Source: Coleofasciculus chthonoplastes F2-STO-03 (GTDB taxonomy: Bacteria; Cyanobacteriota; Cyanobacteriia; Cyanobacteriales; Coleofasciculaceae). From it: a stretch of 64,000 bases of DNA. The number at the start of each line of letters is the position of its first letter. The first letter of the stretch is position 1. The stretch is from contig JAVJWO010000096.1 of NCBI GenBank assembly GCA_040222015.1, positions 19,941-83,940 on the forward strand, in the 5' to 3' direction. Of this stretch, positions 50,786-61,067 are shown piece by piece. The translations under genes were made by a program, and so were the position numbers. The notes beneath the pieces were generated by a model, which did no database searches, was not told the origin of the DNA, and saw nothing but the letters and a program-made list of their open reading frames with translations.

Positions 50786-51850
50786 ATGACTATATCGACA
50801 ATCAAAGAACAAAATTCCGCTTACTCGATGACAAGGGTGACGACTACCTTACGGTTAAGAGACATTTTGCGAACGTTACCGCGTGAAGTGTTTGAGAAAA
50901 ACCGTCGCAAAGCCTGGACAGTGGTTCTGGTGAATATTTTAATGGTGGGTCTAGGCTATGGGGGTTTAGCGATCGCACCCTGGTTTTGTTTACCACTATT
51001 ATGGATTTTCACGGGTACAGCATTGACTGGCTTTTTTGTCATCGGTCATGATTGTGGTCATCGTTCCTTTGCCAATCGCCGTTGGGTCAATGATTTGGTG
51101 GGACACCTGGCATTTTTACCTTTACTTTATCCCTTTCATAGCTGGCGTATTCTCCATAACCACCATCATGCCCACACGAATAAGCTTGGCGAAGATAATG
51201 CATGGGAACCGTTTACACCTGAGTATCATGCAAGCAACTCGCTTTTAGTCCGGTGGTTTTACCAACTAATACGCGGCCGCTTTTGGTGGATTGGTTCGAT
51301 ATTCCATTGGGCATTACTGCATTTTAAATGGGGAAATTTTCAAGGAAAACAACGTTCTCAGATTAAGTTTTCCGCATTGTTGGTTATCGGTTTTGCCGCC
51401 GTTGCCTTTCCCTTACTCTTTGCCACGGTAGGTGTATGGGGAGTCGTCAAATTCTGGTTAATTCCCTGGTTGGTGTACCATTTCTGGATGAGTACGTTTA
51501 CCATTGTTCACCACACATCACCGGATATTCCCTTTACCCCAGAACCGGAATGGAATGAGGCTGAGGCTCAATTATTTGGTTCGGTTCACTGTGATTATCC
51601 CCGTTGGGTCGAATTTCTCTGCCACGATATTAATGTTCACATTCCCCATCACGTTTCCAGTGCGATTCCGTCCTATAATTTGCGGTTAGCGCATCGGATT
51701 CTCAAGGAAAATTGGGGGGATGAATTGCGCGAATGTCGTTTTTCTTGGTTGTTGATGAAACAGATTACCGACAAATGTCACCTCTATAATCAACAAGAGT
51801 TCTATCAGTCGTTTAAAGACTATCGAAAAGCCGTGGCTGGAGGCAAATAA
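50786..51850 (+). CDS. desA: Delta-12 acyl-lipid desaturase
   Basis: His boxes [26 protein letters not shown]. Confidence 0.9.
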   Translation: MTISTIKEQNSAYSMTRVTTTLRLRDILRTLPREVFEKNRRKAWTVVLVNILMVGLGYGGLAIAPWFCLPLLWIFTGTALTGFFVIGHDCGHRSFANRRWVNDLVGHLAFLPLLYPFHSWRILHNHHHAHTNKLGEDNAWEPFTPEYHASNSLLVRWFYQLIRGRFWWIGSIFHWALLHFKWGNFQGKQRSQIKFSALLVIGFAAVAFPLLFATVGVWGVVKFWLIPWLVYHFWMSTFTIVHHTSPDIPFTPEPEWNEAEAQLFGSVHCDYPRWVEFLCHDINVHIPHHVSSAIPSYNLRLAHRILKENWGDELRECRFSWLLMKQITDKCHLYNQQEFYQSFKDYRKAVAGGK

Positions 51851-51881
51851 TACAGGATTGTCACACTAACGTGAATTAGAT

Positions 51882-51915
51882 GAGAACCCCGATTTCTTGA
51901 AGAAGTCGGGGTTCT
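51882..51915. terminator. Hairpin/REP downstream of desA
   Basis: AGAACCCCGATTTCTT-G-AAGAAGTCGGGGTTCT. Confidence 0.6.
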
Positions 51916-52072
51916 GGTATTAAATTCAATGGCACGCTCAACAAGCATTTTCGGATCGCCGAAACCCTTAATCGTAGCCTAGTAGGGTGGGCATTGCCCA
52001 CCATCCTTATCTGAGCGTGCCATTCGGATTAAGTTACAATATCAGCGATCGCGAGCCATCAGCAAGGTCGTC

Positions 52073-52714
52073 ATGAGTCAACTGCAAGCCAAACTACCAA
52101 CCGATACCTGGGTCAATGCGACTTGGGACGAATACCTTCAGGCAATCAGTGATCCAGCATACGAAAAAGCGAAAGGCTATTATTATAACGGATACATGAG
52201 GCTAGAGATGTCTCCACTTGGTAACCCCCATTCCCGCGACCATTTCATTGTTATTGCTGCGATTGCCCTCTTTGCCAGTATTCGAGACATTGACTTTGAT
52301 GGTCATGATAACTGCACGTATCGTAAGACAGGCTGTGAGGAAGCCCAACCGGATGTCTCGTTTTATGTCGGTGACAACGCGGAAATCGTACCTTGGGAAG
52401 CGAAAATCATCAATCTTGATATCTATCCACCCCCTGATTTAGTCATTGAAGTTGCCTATTCTTCTTTAGCCGATGACAAAGGAGAAAAACGTCTCCTCTA
52501 CGAATCCTTGGGAGTTCGGGAATATTGGATTATTGATGTCAAAAATGTTCAAGTTATCGCCTTTGAGATTCAAAATGGCGGGAGTCGGCGAATTTACCAG
52601 TCTCAGGTGTTTCCTGGTTTAGAGATTTCTCTATTGGAAGAAGCCTTTCGGCGTAGTCGGCAAATTAATCATGGTAAAGTGAGCGCTTGGTTGTTGTCGC
52701 AATTTCAAGCTTGA
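52073..52714 (+). CDS. Uma2 family endonuclease
   Basis: QPDVSFY, PPDLVIEVA, GVREYWIID. Confidence 0.9.
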   Translation: MSQLQAKLPTDTWVNATWDEYLQAISDPAYEKAKGYYYNGYMRLEMSPLGNPHSRDHFIVIAAIALFASIRDIDFDGHDNCTYRKTGCEEAQPDVSFYVGDNAEIVPWEAKIINLDIYPPPDLVIEVAYSSLADDKGEKRLLYESLGVREYWIIDVKNVQVIAFEIQNGGSRRIYQSQVFPGLEISLLEEAFRRSRQINHGKVSAWLLSQFQA

Positions 52715-52829
52715 GTAAGCCCATGTTACCCGCCAAGAACTCAAGTTATTGGCTTATAGCTCAAGTCGGTTAAAACTGACTAATTATTTTTATCCAGTAA
52801 ACCGTTTAGATTTTATATTTATGCGTAAA

Positions 52830-53027
52830 TCAAGACTTTGAAATAAGTTCAGCAATAATCTGTTGAGACATAAACTGCTTGAAATCTAAAATTTCAATTA
52901 ACACTAACTTTTCATTATTTGAGTAGTGAAGAATTACTCGTCCTTCATCTTCTGCATAAGCAATATCATCATCGGATAGTTCAATCAGAAGGGCATCGAC
53001 ATCTTTACTGTATTTAGCTTTTTTCAT
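52830..53027 (-). CDS. DUF2283 family putative antitoxin
   Basis: KYSKDVDALLIEL...IL.Y.....LV.IEILD. Confidence 0.8.
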   Translation of the reverse strand: MKKAKYSKDVDALLIELSDDDIAYAEDEGRVILHYSNNEKLVLIEILDFKQFMSQQIIAELISKS

Positions 53028-53102
53028 AACGACTTCTCCTACCTGGATATAGTGTGATAACTACAATGAATGATTCGTATTCTCGGTAGACAATATTCAA
53101 GA
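53014..53102 (-). pseudogene. 3' remnant of a DUF4258/BrnT-like toxin gene
   Basis: LNIVYREYESFIVVITLYPGRRSRYEKS overlaps the DUF2283 start; no plausible N-terminus. Confidence 0.55.
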
Positions 53103-53349
53103 AGTAAAGAAAATTGTACTTGGTAGTTCTATTATGTGGAAGTGAATGTGCGATCGCGCTGATGTAGGTTGGGTTGACGCGCCGAAACCCAACAGCGTAA
53201 GTTCCCCAAATTGCCACCCTGCAACCATCACTAAATTTAAAAGCCGCCTAGGAAAAATTTCAGATGGCGAAAGCTGGGTATCAATCAAAGTCATGAAGTT
53301 TTAGGAAATGTTACTCTAGGGTTACAGAGGAATCGTTGAGGAACATAGC

Positions 53350-53617
53350 CGTGAGCCAAGTTGTCAAACTAGAACTGAGTGATGAAGTGTATGCAGTCTT
53401 GAAGCGACAAGCTGACAGTGTTGGTGTTTCTCTATCCGAGTGGATTGCGATCGCTCTCGAACTACAAAGTGGTTTACCCAGTCACCAGAAAACTCAAGCT
53501 GAGAACAAAGCCACACCTCAAGAGTTCTCCAACTCCAGCCATTCTGGAACGGCTGATGTATGCTATCTGACAGGATTTGACAATAGGGGCGTTGATGCTG
53601 ATTTGGTTGGTTTATAG
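53350..53617 (+). CDS. CopG/RHH-like antitoxin-type small protein
   Basis: SQVVKLELSDEVYAVLKRQA...GVSLSEW; ends DN..VDADL. Confidence 0.55.
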
Positions 53618-53848
53618 CCGAGATATCACCTATAATAGCCAGACAAAATTAAAGTTTACGGTTGAGATAGGGGAACAGCGAGCTTTTTGCCATGGCGATT
53701 AAAATCGCTGCTACACAAACAAAGTCCGCCTACGCGGACTGAATTATAACGGAGGTAGTGCGATCGCGTCGCCTTTAAGCCACTGCTCAAAACATGGGTT
53801 GGGGACAAGTTACAAGTTACATCGAAAAAGCGTGACGTTAAGGTACGA

Positions 53849-55321
53849 CTAGTCTTGAACCCACACGGAAACCGAACCGCCATTACACCGAAACTCTGCC
53901 CATCCCCATTCATTGGTGTAAATGGGTTCCTTGATATGTTCCGTTAAATCATAGAACTTGGCATTCGGTTTACCCACTTCCATCCACTTGTAACCCGGCA
54001 CACTGTCACTCATAATCACCGCCATGGCTTTTGGATGAGCATGATCCCCTAAGCGCGTCCAACCAATTGTATTGTAGTGATCAAAGTAATCATATTGCTC
54101 CCCGTAAGCATACTCTTTTCGAGCATAGAGAAGTTTGTCAATTATCCAACGGTGAGAGGGAAGGAAAATCTTGTACCGATTGCCATCTTTGCCATAATCC
54201 TCGTATTCTGCACCGTAATAATCGGCATAAAAGACACAAGGATACCCCTCGCGGCGCAATAAAATTATGGCGTAAGCTAAGGGCTTAAACCAGGGTTCTA
54301 CTGGCGCTTCTAATGACTGTAAGGGTTGCGAATCATGGTTTTCTACAAATGTAACCGCATGGGTGGGACGTTGCTGCATCAAAGTGCCATTGAGGATAGT
54401 CCCCATGTTGTAATGTCCACCGGAACGACTGGCGTAATGGAAGTTGTAGTGAAGTGGCACATCAAATACCGACATTTTGCCATTAACGGCATTGATATAC
54501 CAGTGCAACGTGTCAATATTGTTGTACCAATATTCACCCACCACAAACAAATCTTTGCCTGCATGATACCGCATTTCATCTAACCATTGCGGGAAAAACC
54601 AGGATGAAATATGTTTAATCGCATCCAGACGGAAACCATCCGCGCCTGTGGTATCCAGATACCATTTGCCCCAACGAGTCACTTCATCGCGCAAGTCTTG
54701 ACTCTGGAAATCCAGATCACATCCCATTAAATAGGCAAAGTTCCCTTTTTCTAACGCCACATAATCATCAAAGGCTTTCCCCTCAAAGAGATAAAGCGTA
54801 TTTTGCTCTTTGGTGTAATCATCGTAATCAACCGCATCAAAATGCCACCAATGCCATTCAAAGTTAGAATATTTACCCTGACGACCCGGAAAGTTAAAAT
54901 GGGTATAGGCTTTGATATCCCTTGTCCAACCTTTGGGATTCAGGCGATCATATTCATTAAAGGGAGTAGCGCGGGCAATCTCTGTCGCATCACCTCCCAT
55001 ACGATGATTCAGAACCGTATCAGCGTAGGCTTGTATTCCTGATGCGTGTAAGGCGTTTATCGCCGCTAAATATTGTTCGCGAGTGCCGTATTTGGTGCGA
55101 ACGGTGCCATGTTGATCAAATTCCCCCAGATCATACATATCATACACGGCGTAGCCGACATCATAGGTGCCTCCCATTCCTTTGTAGGCGGGAGGTAGCC
55201 ACAACGCGGTGAATCCAGCATCGGCTAATTCTTGCGCTTTGGTTTTAACGTCATTCCACAGGATTAGATTGGGATCAATGTACCAGTGGAAATATTGCAT
55301 TATTGTGCCGTTGATTGACAT
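53849..55321 (-). CDS. amyA: Alpha-amylase (GH13, cytoplasmic AmyA-like)
   Basis: NGTIMQYFHWY, DGFRLDAIKH, VGEYW, FVENHD, GYPCVFY. Confidence 0.92.
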   Translation of the reverse strand: MSINGTIMQYFHWYIDPNLILWNDVKTKAQELADAGFTALWLPPAYKGMGGTYDVGYAVYDMYDLGEFDQHGTVRTKYGTREQYLAAINALHASGIQAYADTVLNHRMGGDATEIARATPFNEYDRLNPKGWTRDIKAYTHFNFPGRQGKYSNFEWHWWHFDAVDYDDYTKEQNTLYLFEGKAFDDYVALEKGNFAYLMGCDLDFQSQDLRDEVTRWGKWYLDTTGADGFRLDAIKHISSWFFPQWLDEMRYHAGKDLFVVGEYWYNNIDTLHWYINAVNGKMSVFDVPLHYNFHYASRSGGHYNMGTILNGTLMQQRPTHAVTFVENHDSQPLQSLEAPVEPWFKPLAYAIILLRREGYPCVFYADYYGAEYEDYGKDGNRYKIFLPSHRWIIDKLLYARKEYAYGEQYDYFDHYNTIGWTRLGDHAHPKAMAVIMSDSVPGYKWMEVGKPNAKFYDLTEHIKEPIYTNEWGWAEFRCNGGSVSVWVQD

Positions 55322-55447
55322 ATTGAGCCTCTCTTTTTTAGGAATGTATGATGTTACCGAGATTTGGAGACAGGGCGACCCGATTTAATTGAATGGAATA
55401 GAGTTGTTAATTAGTGTAGCGGGTCGCCCCTACACAACTGAAATAAT

Positions 55448-56653
55448 CTACAACGTGGCGGCAAATTTTTCAATCTGTTGAATCACCTCATCAACGGAAT
55501 CGGTAATCGCCAACAGTGAACTGTATTCTCTCCCCGCCGCTAATTGTGCTAATAACGGAAACACGGGTTTTTTAGATTTCCAGTAATCTTCGCCTAAGAA
55601 AATCATCGGACTCACCACACCAAAGGAGTTGTAATGGTTCTGACAAGCGTCTTGGAAGATTTCCTGGATGGTTCCGGCACTCCCTGGAGAATAGATTACC
55701 CCATATTTCGCGATCGCGAGTAATCCTTCTTCCCGGACACTATTGGCAAAGAGTTTGGCAATGTGGGTGGCGAAAATGGTGGGCGGTTCGTGACCATATA
55801 ACCAGGTGGGAATGCCTAAACTCTCTGGATATTGCCCATTTTTATCCTGAAGTGGGTATTTTTGTTTCACCGCAAAGGCGGTATCTAACCATTGTTCCAT
55901 CGGCTTATAAATCGGTGCAGCCGCGAGAATTTCCACCGCATCCTCTAATTCCGCCTGGGAACGATAGGCAAACCACGCCCCTAAATGGGTGGCTTCCATG
56001 GCACCGGGTCCGCCACCACTGGTCATTAAATAGCCGCGACGGGTCAATTCTCCAGAAATTCGCGCTACTTTGATATAGTTTGGATCACTCCGTTTCAGGG
56101 AATGTCCGCCCATAATTGCTACAACTTTTCGCCCATCAATCAGTTCTTCTAAAGCATCGGTAATCGCATGATCATGAAGGCGTTGGGCGAGAGTTTCCAA
56201 AATACTGGCGGGGTGATCTTTGCCATTTTTGACATAATGGTCATAGACTCGACCGTCCAGGGTATTCTGATAGCTTCCTGTTACTCCAACTTGATACTCT
56301 CCCATTAATTTATCGGGAGAATACAGATGATTTTGGTAAGCATTATAGGGGACATAAGTCAAGGGCGGAAAAACTAATCCACCCATGTCTAAAATATAGG
56401 TTAAGGTATCCGGTGTCAAGCGACAGCCTAAAAAGACGGTATTGGTTAATTCGTATTTTTTTAAGGTTTCAGCATACGCCATTAAATCCAAGCTTTGAAA
56501 AACAACATTGGCAAGACTTTGTTTGTCTTTAAGATACTGGTCAAATTCCTCTAGGGATTCAATCTCTATAGGAATAATTGGATTGGGTTGGCGATGAGTG
56601 GCTGAGGGCTGAGGTTGATGTGACATGTTATGTTGTTTTTGAATAAACAGCAA
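55448..56653 (-). CDS. LOG/SLOG-superfamily Rossmann-fold protein
   Basis: MGGH, SGGGPGAMEA, GIPTWLYGHEP, PGSAGTIQEIFQD; start uncertain. Confidence 0.8.
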   Translation of the reverse strand: MLFIQKQHNMSHQPQPSATHRQPNPIIPIEIESLEEFDQYLKDKQSLANVVFQSLDLMAYAETLKKYELTNTVFLGCRLTPDTLTYILDMGGLVFPPLTYVPYNAYQNHLYSPDKLMGEYQVGVTGSYQNTLDGRVYDHYVKNGKDHPASILETLAQRLHDHAITDALEELIDGRKVVAIMGGHSLKRSDPNYIKVARISGELTRRGYLMTSGGGPGAMEATHLGAWFAYRSQAELEDAVEILAAAPIYKPMEQWLDTAFAVKQKYPLQDKNGQYPESLGIPTWLYGHEPPTIFATHIAKLFANSVREEGLLAIAKYGVIYSPGSAGTIQEIFQDACQNHYNSFGVVSPMIFLGEDYWKSKKPVFPLLAQLAAGREYSSLLAITDSVDEVIQQIEKFAATL

Positions 56654-56903
56654 TACACATTATCTATTACCGAGGGCTGAAAATGGGGCGACCCGAGTTC
56701 ATTGAGTGGATGGGGGTTGTTCATTGATGCAGCGGGTCACCCCTACATTGGGTTAATTGCGGTTCATTCTGACATCAACATCCCTACTCGCTTAAATCTT
56801 GGCTTTAAACACTCAATGGGCGAGTTTAGTTACATCTAGGTGAGGGAAGTAACGATGGTGGTGAAACCCGCCCCTACAGACTAAAATGGCGCGTCTCTAC
56901 ACC

Positions 56904-57974
56904 TTAGCTTTGACTGGGTAAAACATTGGGAATCTCTTTATTCATTTGCAGTTTCTCAATTGCGTCTTTAATCACCTCCAGTAATAGCTGATTATCCTGC
57001 TGCTGCGCCAATTGAACCGCTTTCTGCAAGTCCGCGATCGCCCTTTGTTTTTGCTTCAGTTTAATCTGGACTAAGCCACGATTATAATACGTTTCAATAT
57101 GATTCGGACAAAGGGTTAACGCTTGGTTATAATTCTTGAGTGCCTCTTTATACTTTTGTAGCGCGTAATATGCATTTCCTCGATTATTATAGGCTTCATG
57201 ATTTTGACCATCAATAGCAATGGCTTTAGCATAATTGCCAATGGCTTTAACAAAATTATTTAAATAGTAGTATCCATTGCCTCGGTTATTATAAGCTTGA
57301 GCATAGCTAGGATTAATATTGATTGCTTTGTCATAGCTTTCAAGCGCTTGTTTATGTTGATTCAATGCAATATAAGTATTCCCAAGGTTATTATGACTTT
57401 CGGCATAATTAGGATTGAGTTTAATTGCCTGACTAAAATCTGCTAACGCCTTTCTATAGTCGCTTAAATTATAGTAAGCATTCCCGCGATTAGAGTAAGC
57501 CCGCTCATACTTAGGATTACATTTAATTGCTTGCGTATAATCCGCGATCGCTTGATTATAATCTCCTAGTAAATAGTACGTATTTGCCCGATTATTATAA
57601 GCTTGTGGATAGCTAGGATTCAATTTCAGCGCATCATTATAATTTTGCAAGACTTGTTGATAGTCATTTAAAGCAAAAAAGCAATTACCACGATTGTAGT
57701 ATGACAACGCCAAATTTGGATAAGTTTGAATCGCTTTATTACAAGTCTCAATTGCCTGCTCATACTGTCTTGCCTGATAAAGCGTTTCGGCTTGTCGATT
57801 ATAATTAATCGCCAGATTTCGCTTGTATTCCAAAACAGCAGGTAAAATCAAGCCTAAAATTATCATTAGTCCAAAACTGCTGACGATAAAACCGAGAACA
57901 ACCCCAATTGATTTAAGGATTTTGCCAAGACGCTTCAATGTACAACCCCCATTGATTCTGGAATACAGTCCCAA
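56904..57974 (-). CDS. Membrane-anchored TPR protein
   Basis: N-terminal TM helix; repeated AYNNRG.AY..L..Y..A 34-aa units. Confidence 0.9.
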   Translation of the reverse strand: MGLYSRINGGCTLKRLGKILKSIGVVLGFIVSSFGLMIILGLILPAVLEYKRNLAINYNRQAETLYQARQYEQAIETCNKAIQTYPNLALSYYNRGNCFFALNDYQQVLQNYNDALKLNPSYPQAYNNRANTYYLLGDYNQAIADYTQAIKCNPKYERAYSNRGNAYYNLSDYRKALADFSQAIKLNPNYAESHNNLGNTYIALNQHKQALESYDKAININPSYAQAYNNRGNGYYYLNNFVKAIGNYAKAIAIDGQNHEAYNNRGNAYYALQKYKEALKNYNQALTLCPNHIETYYNRGLVQIKLKQKQRAIADLQKAVQLAQQQDNQLLLEVIKDAIEKLQMNKEIPNVLPSQS

Positions 57975-58167
57975 TCAATTTTAGAGTTTAAAGGAATTTT
58001 GTTAAATATTCAAGGCTCTTGGAGAGTGTTTATGATAAAAACAGATCACAAATTTTAGCAATAGTGAACACCGAGCGAAGTCGAGGTGTTCCCCATTCCC
58101 GTTTTTTACTATTATTTATCTCAGTCTAGAAGAGCCGTAGGTATTAGTAGTGAGCAAGATGCTCGCA

Positions 58168-59790
58168 CTACAATAATTTCGTTGTTTTATACCACAAAAC
58201 TCGATACAGTTCTAAAGGTTGAGATTTTCCCTTCACCCGCATCGGTGGCATTTTTTCGACAGGGATTTCGCGGTCATTGAGTTTATCTAAGGTACTTTGA
58301 GCGATTAAAATTTCATTGGGTTTGGCTAAATTACAAATCCGACTGGTTACATTCGTAGTATCACCAATTGTGGCATACTGAATCAGTTTCGCCGAACCGA
58401 TATTTCCCGCCGCCACTTTCCCCGTATTTAAGCCAATGTGAATTTGAATCGGTCGTCTTTTGCGTTGAATCCATACTTGATTTAAACGACGAACTGCCCA
58501 TTGCATATCAATCGCGGCTTTTACCGCTAAATCGACATCATTGGGTTTGCGATAGGGAGCGCCCCAAACCGCTAATAATGCATCACCAATATATTTTTCT
58601 AATGTGCCTTCATAGGGGAAAACAATCTCCTCAACCATCACCTGAAAATACTCATTGAGCATTTCAATAATCTGCCGAGGTTCCATTTGAGAGGACATTT
58701 TAGTAAAGTTACTAATATCAGCAAAAAGTGCAGTTACTTCCGTATCAACGATTTCTAAATTGCCTTCCTCCCGCAGCTTCCGACTCACCGTTCGCGGAAA
58801 GAACCGTTCCAATTTATCCCGCATCACCGCCTCCGCCTCCATCTGGGTATAAAGGCGAGAATTCTCGATCGCGATCGCGGCTTGGTTTGCCAGACAGGTT
58901 AAGAACTCCAAATCTTCATCAGAATAGAGATGCGTCATCGATAAATTATCCACGTACAAAACACCGATAACCGTATCTCGCGGTTTGAGCGGAACACACA
59001 TCGCGGCGTGAATCCCTTGTTTGAGAATCGAGACGGAATCATTGAACAAGGTGTCAATTCGGGCATCATCCGTTAAAATGCCATTGCCTTGCTTGCGAAC
59101 AAAATTAGCAATCCGTTTGCTGTAAAACTGAGTATTATCTTGATAATCAGATTGCAGTTTCACCGCTTTCTGTTCCAGTTGTTCGGTCTGTTCATCAACC
59201 ATTAAAATCGCTGCCCGATCCACCTGCATGATCTCAAACAACAGATCCAAAATTTTTTGCAGCAGTCGGTCAGATTCTTCGGGGGAGGAAAGCTGTTTGC
59301 TCACCTCTAGCAAAATTTGCAATTTATTAACCGAGCGCTGATGAGCATCTTGGTTGCGGAGTTTTAGAACTGAACGTTCTGCTTTATCAGGTTGCAGTAA
59401 TTCTCGCATCTGAATCCGCGTTTTCTCAGGCGCAACCTGCCGGAGAATCGAAAGATTCGAGGTATCCTCATTGATCGGTTTGTGTTGAGGAGTGGGAAGG
59501 GTGTTAACAAATTTGAAAAATACACTACCAAAGCGAATTAAGTCGCCATGCTTAATTTGACATTCCTCAATTCTACATTCGTTAACAAACGTGCCATTGA
59601 GACTTTGCAGATCCGTCAAGGTGACACTGTCTGAGTCTGAGCAAATAAGGATTTGGGCATGGTGACGAGAGAGATACCCATGAAGTACGACAATTGTGTT
59701 ATCGTCTTCACGCCCGATGGTATTAATCCCCGACTCCAAGGTATAAATTTTTTGATTAGGAGTATCGGGATCGTAAATTAAGTAAGACAC
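58168..59790 (-). CDS. Adenylate cyclase, FHA-GAF-cyclase architecture (CyaD-like)
   Basis: IGR..DN...SRHHA...SLNGTFVN (FHA); GAF domain; LFADI..FT, KYIGDA, IGDTTN..SR. Confidence 0.9.
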   Translation of the reverse strand: MSYLIYDPDTPNQKIYTLESGINTIGREDDNTIVVLHGYLSRHHAQILICSDSDSVTLTDLQSLNGTFVNECRIEECQIKHGDLIRFGSVFFKFVNTLPTPQHKPINEDTSNLSILRQVAPEKTRIQMRELLQPDKAERSVLKLRNQDAHQRSVNKLQILLEVSKQLSSPEESDRLLQKILDLLFEIMQVDRAAILMVDEQTEQLEQKAVKLQSDYQDNTQFYSKRIANFVRKQGNGILTDDARIDTLFNDSVSILKQGIHAAMCVPLKPRDTVIGVLYVDNLSMTHLYSDEDLEFLTCLANQAAIAIENSRLYTQMEAEAVMRDKLERFFPRTVSRKLREEGNLEIVDTEVTALFADISNFTKMSSQMEPRQIIEMLNEYFQVMVEEIVFPYEGTLEKYIGDALLAVWGAPYRKPNDVDLAVKAAIDMQWAVRRLNQVWIQRKRRPIQIHIGLNTGKVAAGNIGSAKLIQYATIGDTTNVTSRICNLAKPNEILIAQSTLDKLNDREIPVEKMPPMRVKGKSQPLELYRVLWYKTTKLL

Positions 59791-59944
59791 GCCCCATCCT
59801 CACCCTTATGATCATTTCATTTAAGATAGCGAATGCTGGGGAATTGCTCCCAGTCGCTTGTGGTCAATCTTCCTGCCTAAGGCTTCCGATACACTAGAAA
59901 AGGTTGGCAATCGGGACTTTATCCACCACTCTAGACAAATCAGC

Positions 59945-60991
59945 ATGGCGCGATCGCTCACATACACTCAAGCACCCTGGCTAGAAACCTATACTGAGAT
60001 TATTGATGTTCGCAGCCCCAGTGAGTTTGCTGACGATCATCTGCCAGAGGCGATCAATTTACCCATCCTCGATGATGAACAACGGGCGAAAGTGGGAACG
60101 CTTTACAAGCAAGTCTCCCCCTTCCAAGCCCGGAAACTAGGTGCCGCCTTGGTTGCTCGTAACATTGCTCAACATCTTGAGTCTCACTTTGCCGCTAAAG
60201 ACAAAGACTACCATCCTCTGATGTACTGCTGGCGTGGCGGTCAACGTTCTCAAAGTCTGGCTGGCGTCTTAAATCAAATTGGCTGGCGAGTGACTGTTCT
60301 AGAAGGTGGCTATAAAACCTACCGAACCCATGTGCGCCAGCAACTCGAAACGTTACCGCCCCAGTTGACATTTCAGGTGTTATCCGGTTTCACGGGTAGC
60401 GGGAAAACCTATATTTTACACCAGTTAGCGCAACGCGGCGTCCAAGTCCTTGATTTAGAGGGTTTGGCAAATCATCGTGGTTCCCTACTCGGTCAACAGT
60501 GGCAAGGTGAACCAACCCCTCAACCCTCGCAAAAAAAGTTTGAATCCTTACTCCTGTTGGCATTACAACGCTTTGACCCCAGTCAGGCGATTTGGGTAGA
60601 AGCCGAAAGCAATAAAATTGGACAGCGTTATTTGCCCCCTTCCCTTTGGCAACAGATGAAGCAGGCAAACTGTATTGAAATACAACTCCCCCAAGCGGTT
60701 AGAATCGAACGGCTGCTGCAAGAGTATCCCCACTTCATCACCCATCCTGACCTTTTGAAACGCAAGCTAGGGTTTCTGAAATCTCGCTACGGTGGGCAAA
60801 AAATTCAGCACTGGTATCATTTAATCGACACCGAACAATGGCATACATTAGTCGGAGAATTACTGAGTCACCACTATGATCCAGCCTACCGTCGTTCCAT
60901 TGGGCATCTGTACCAAGACGCCTCACGTATTATAGAGAGTGATGAGGTATCGGATACTACCGTAGAAGCGTTGCTTGAGCCGTTTGAGTAA
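59945..60991 (+). CDS. mnmH: tRNA 2-selenouridine synthase
   Basis: IDVRSPSEF, YCWRGGQRS, GFTGSGKT, LEGLANHRGS, QPSQK.FES; likely start ATG at 59945. Confidence 0.92.
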   Translation: MARSLTYTQAPWLETYTEIIDVRSPSEFADDHLPEAINLPILDDEQRAKVGTLYKQVSPFQARKLGAALVARNIAQHLESHFAAKDKDYHPLMYCWRGGQRSQSLAGVLNQIGWRVTVLEGGYKTYRTHVRQQLETLPPQLTFQVLSGFTGSGKTYILHQLAQRGVQVLDLEGLANHRGSLLGQQWQGEPTPQPSQKKFESLLLLALQRFDPSQAIWVEAESNKIGQRYLPPSLWQQMKQANCIEIQLPQAVRIERLLQEYPHFITHPDLLKRKLGFLKSRYGGQKIQHWYHLIDTEQWHTLVGELLSHHYDPAYRRSIGHLYQDASRIIESDEVSDTTVEALLEPFE

Positions 60992-61067
60992 TGAGGGCAG
61001 GTATGGAAGTATGTCAGGGATAGCATAAAATATATTAAATCAATATCGATCAACCAAGGAGTCAAAT

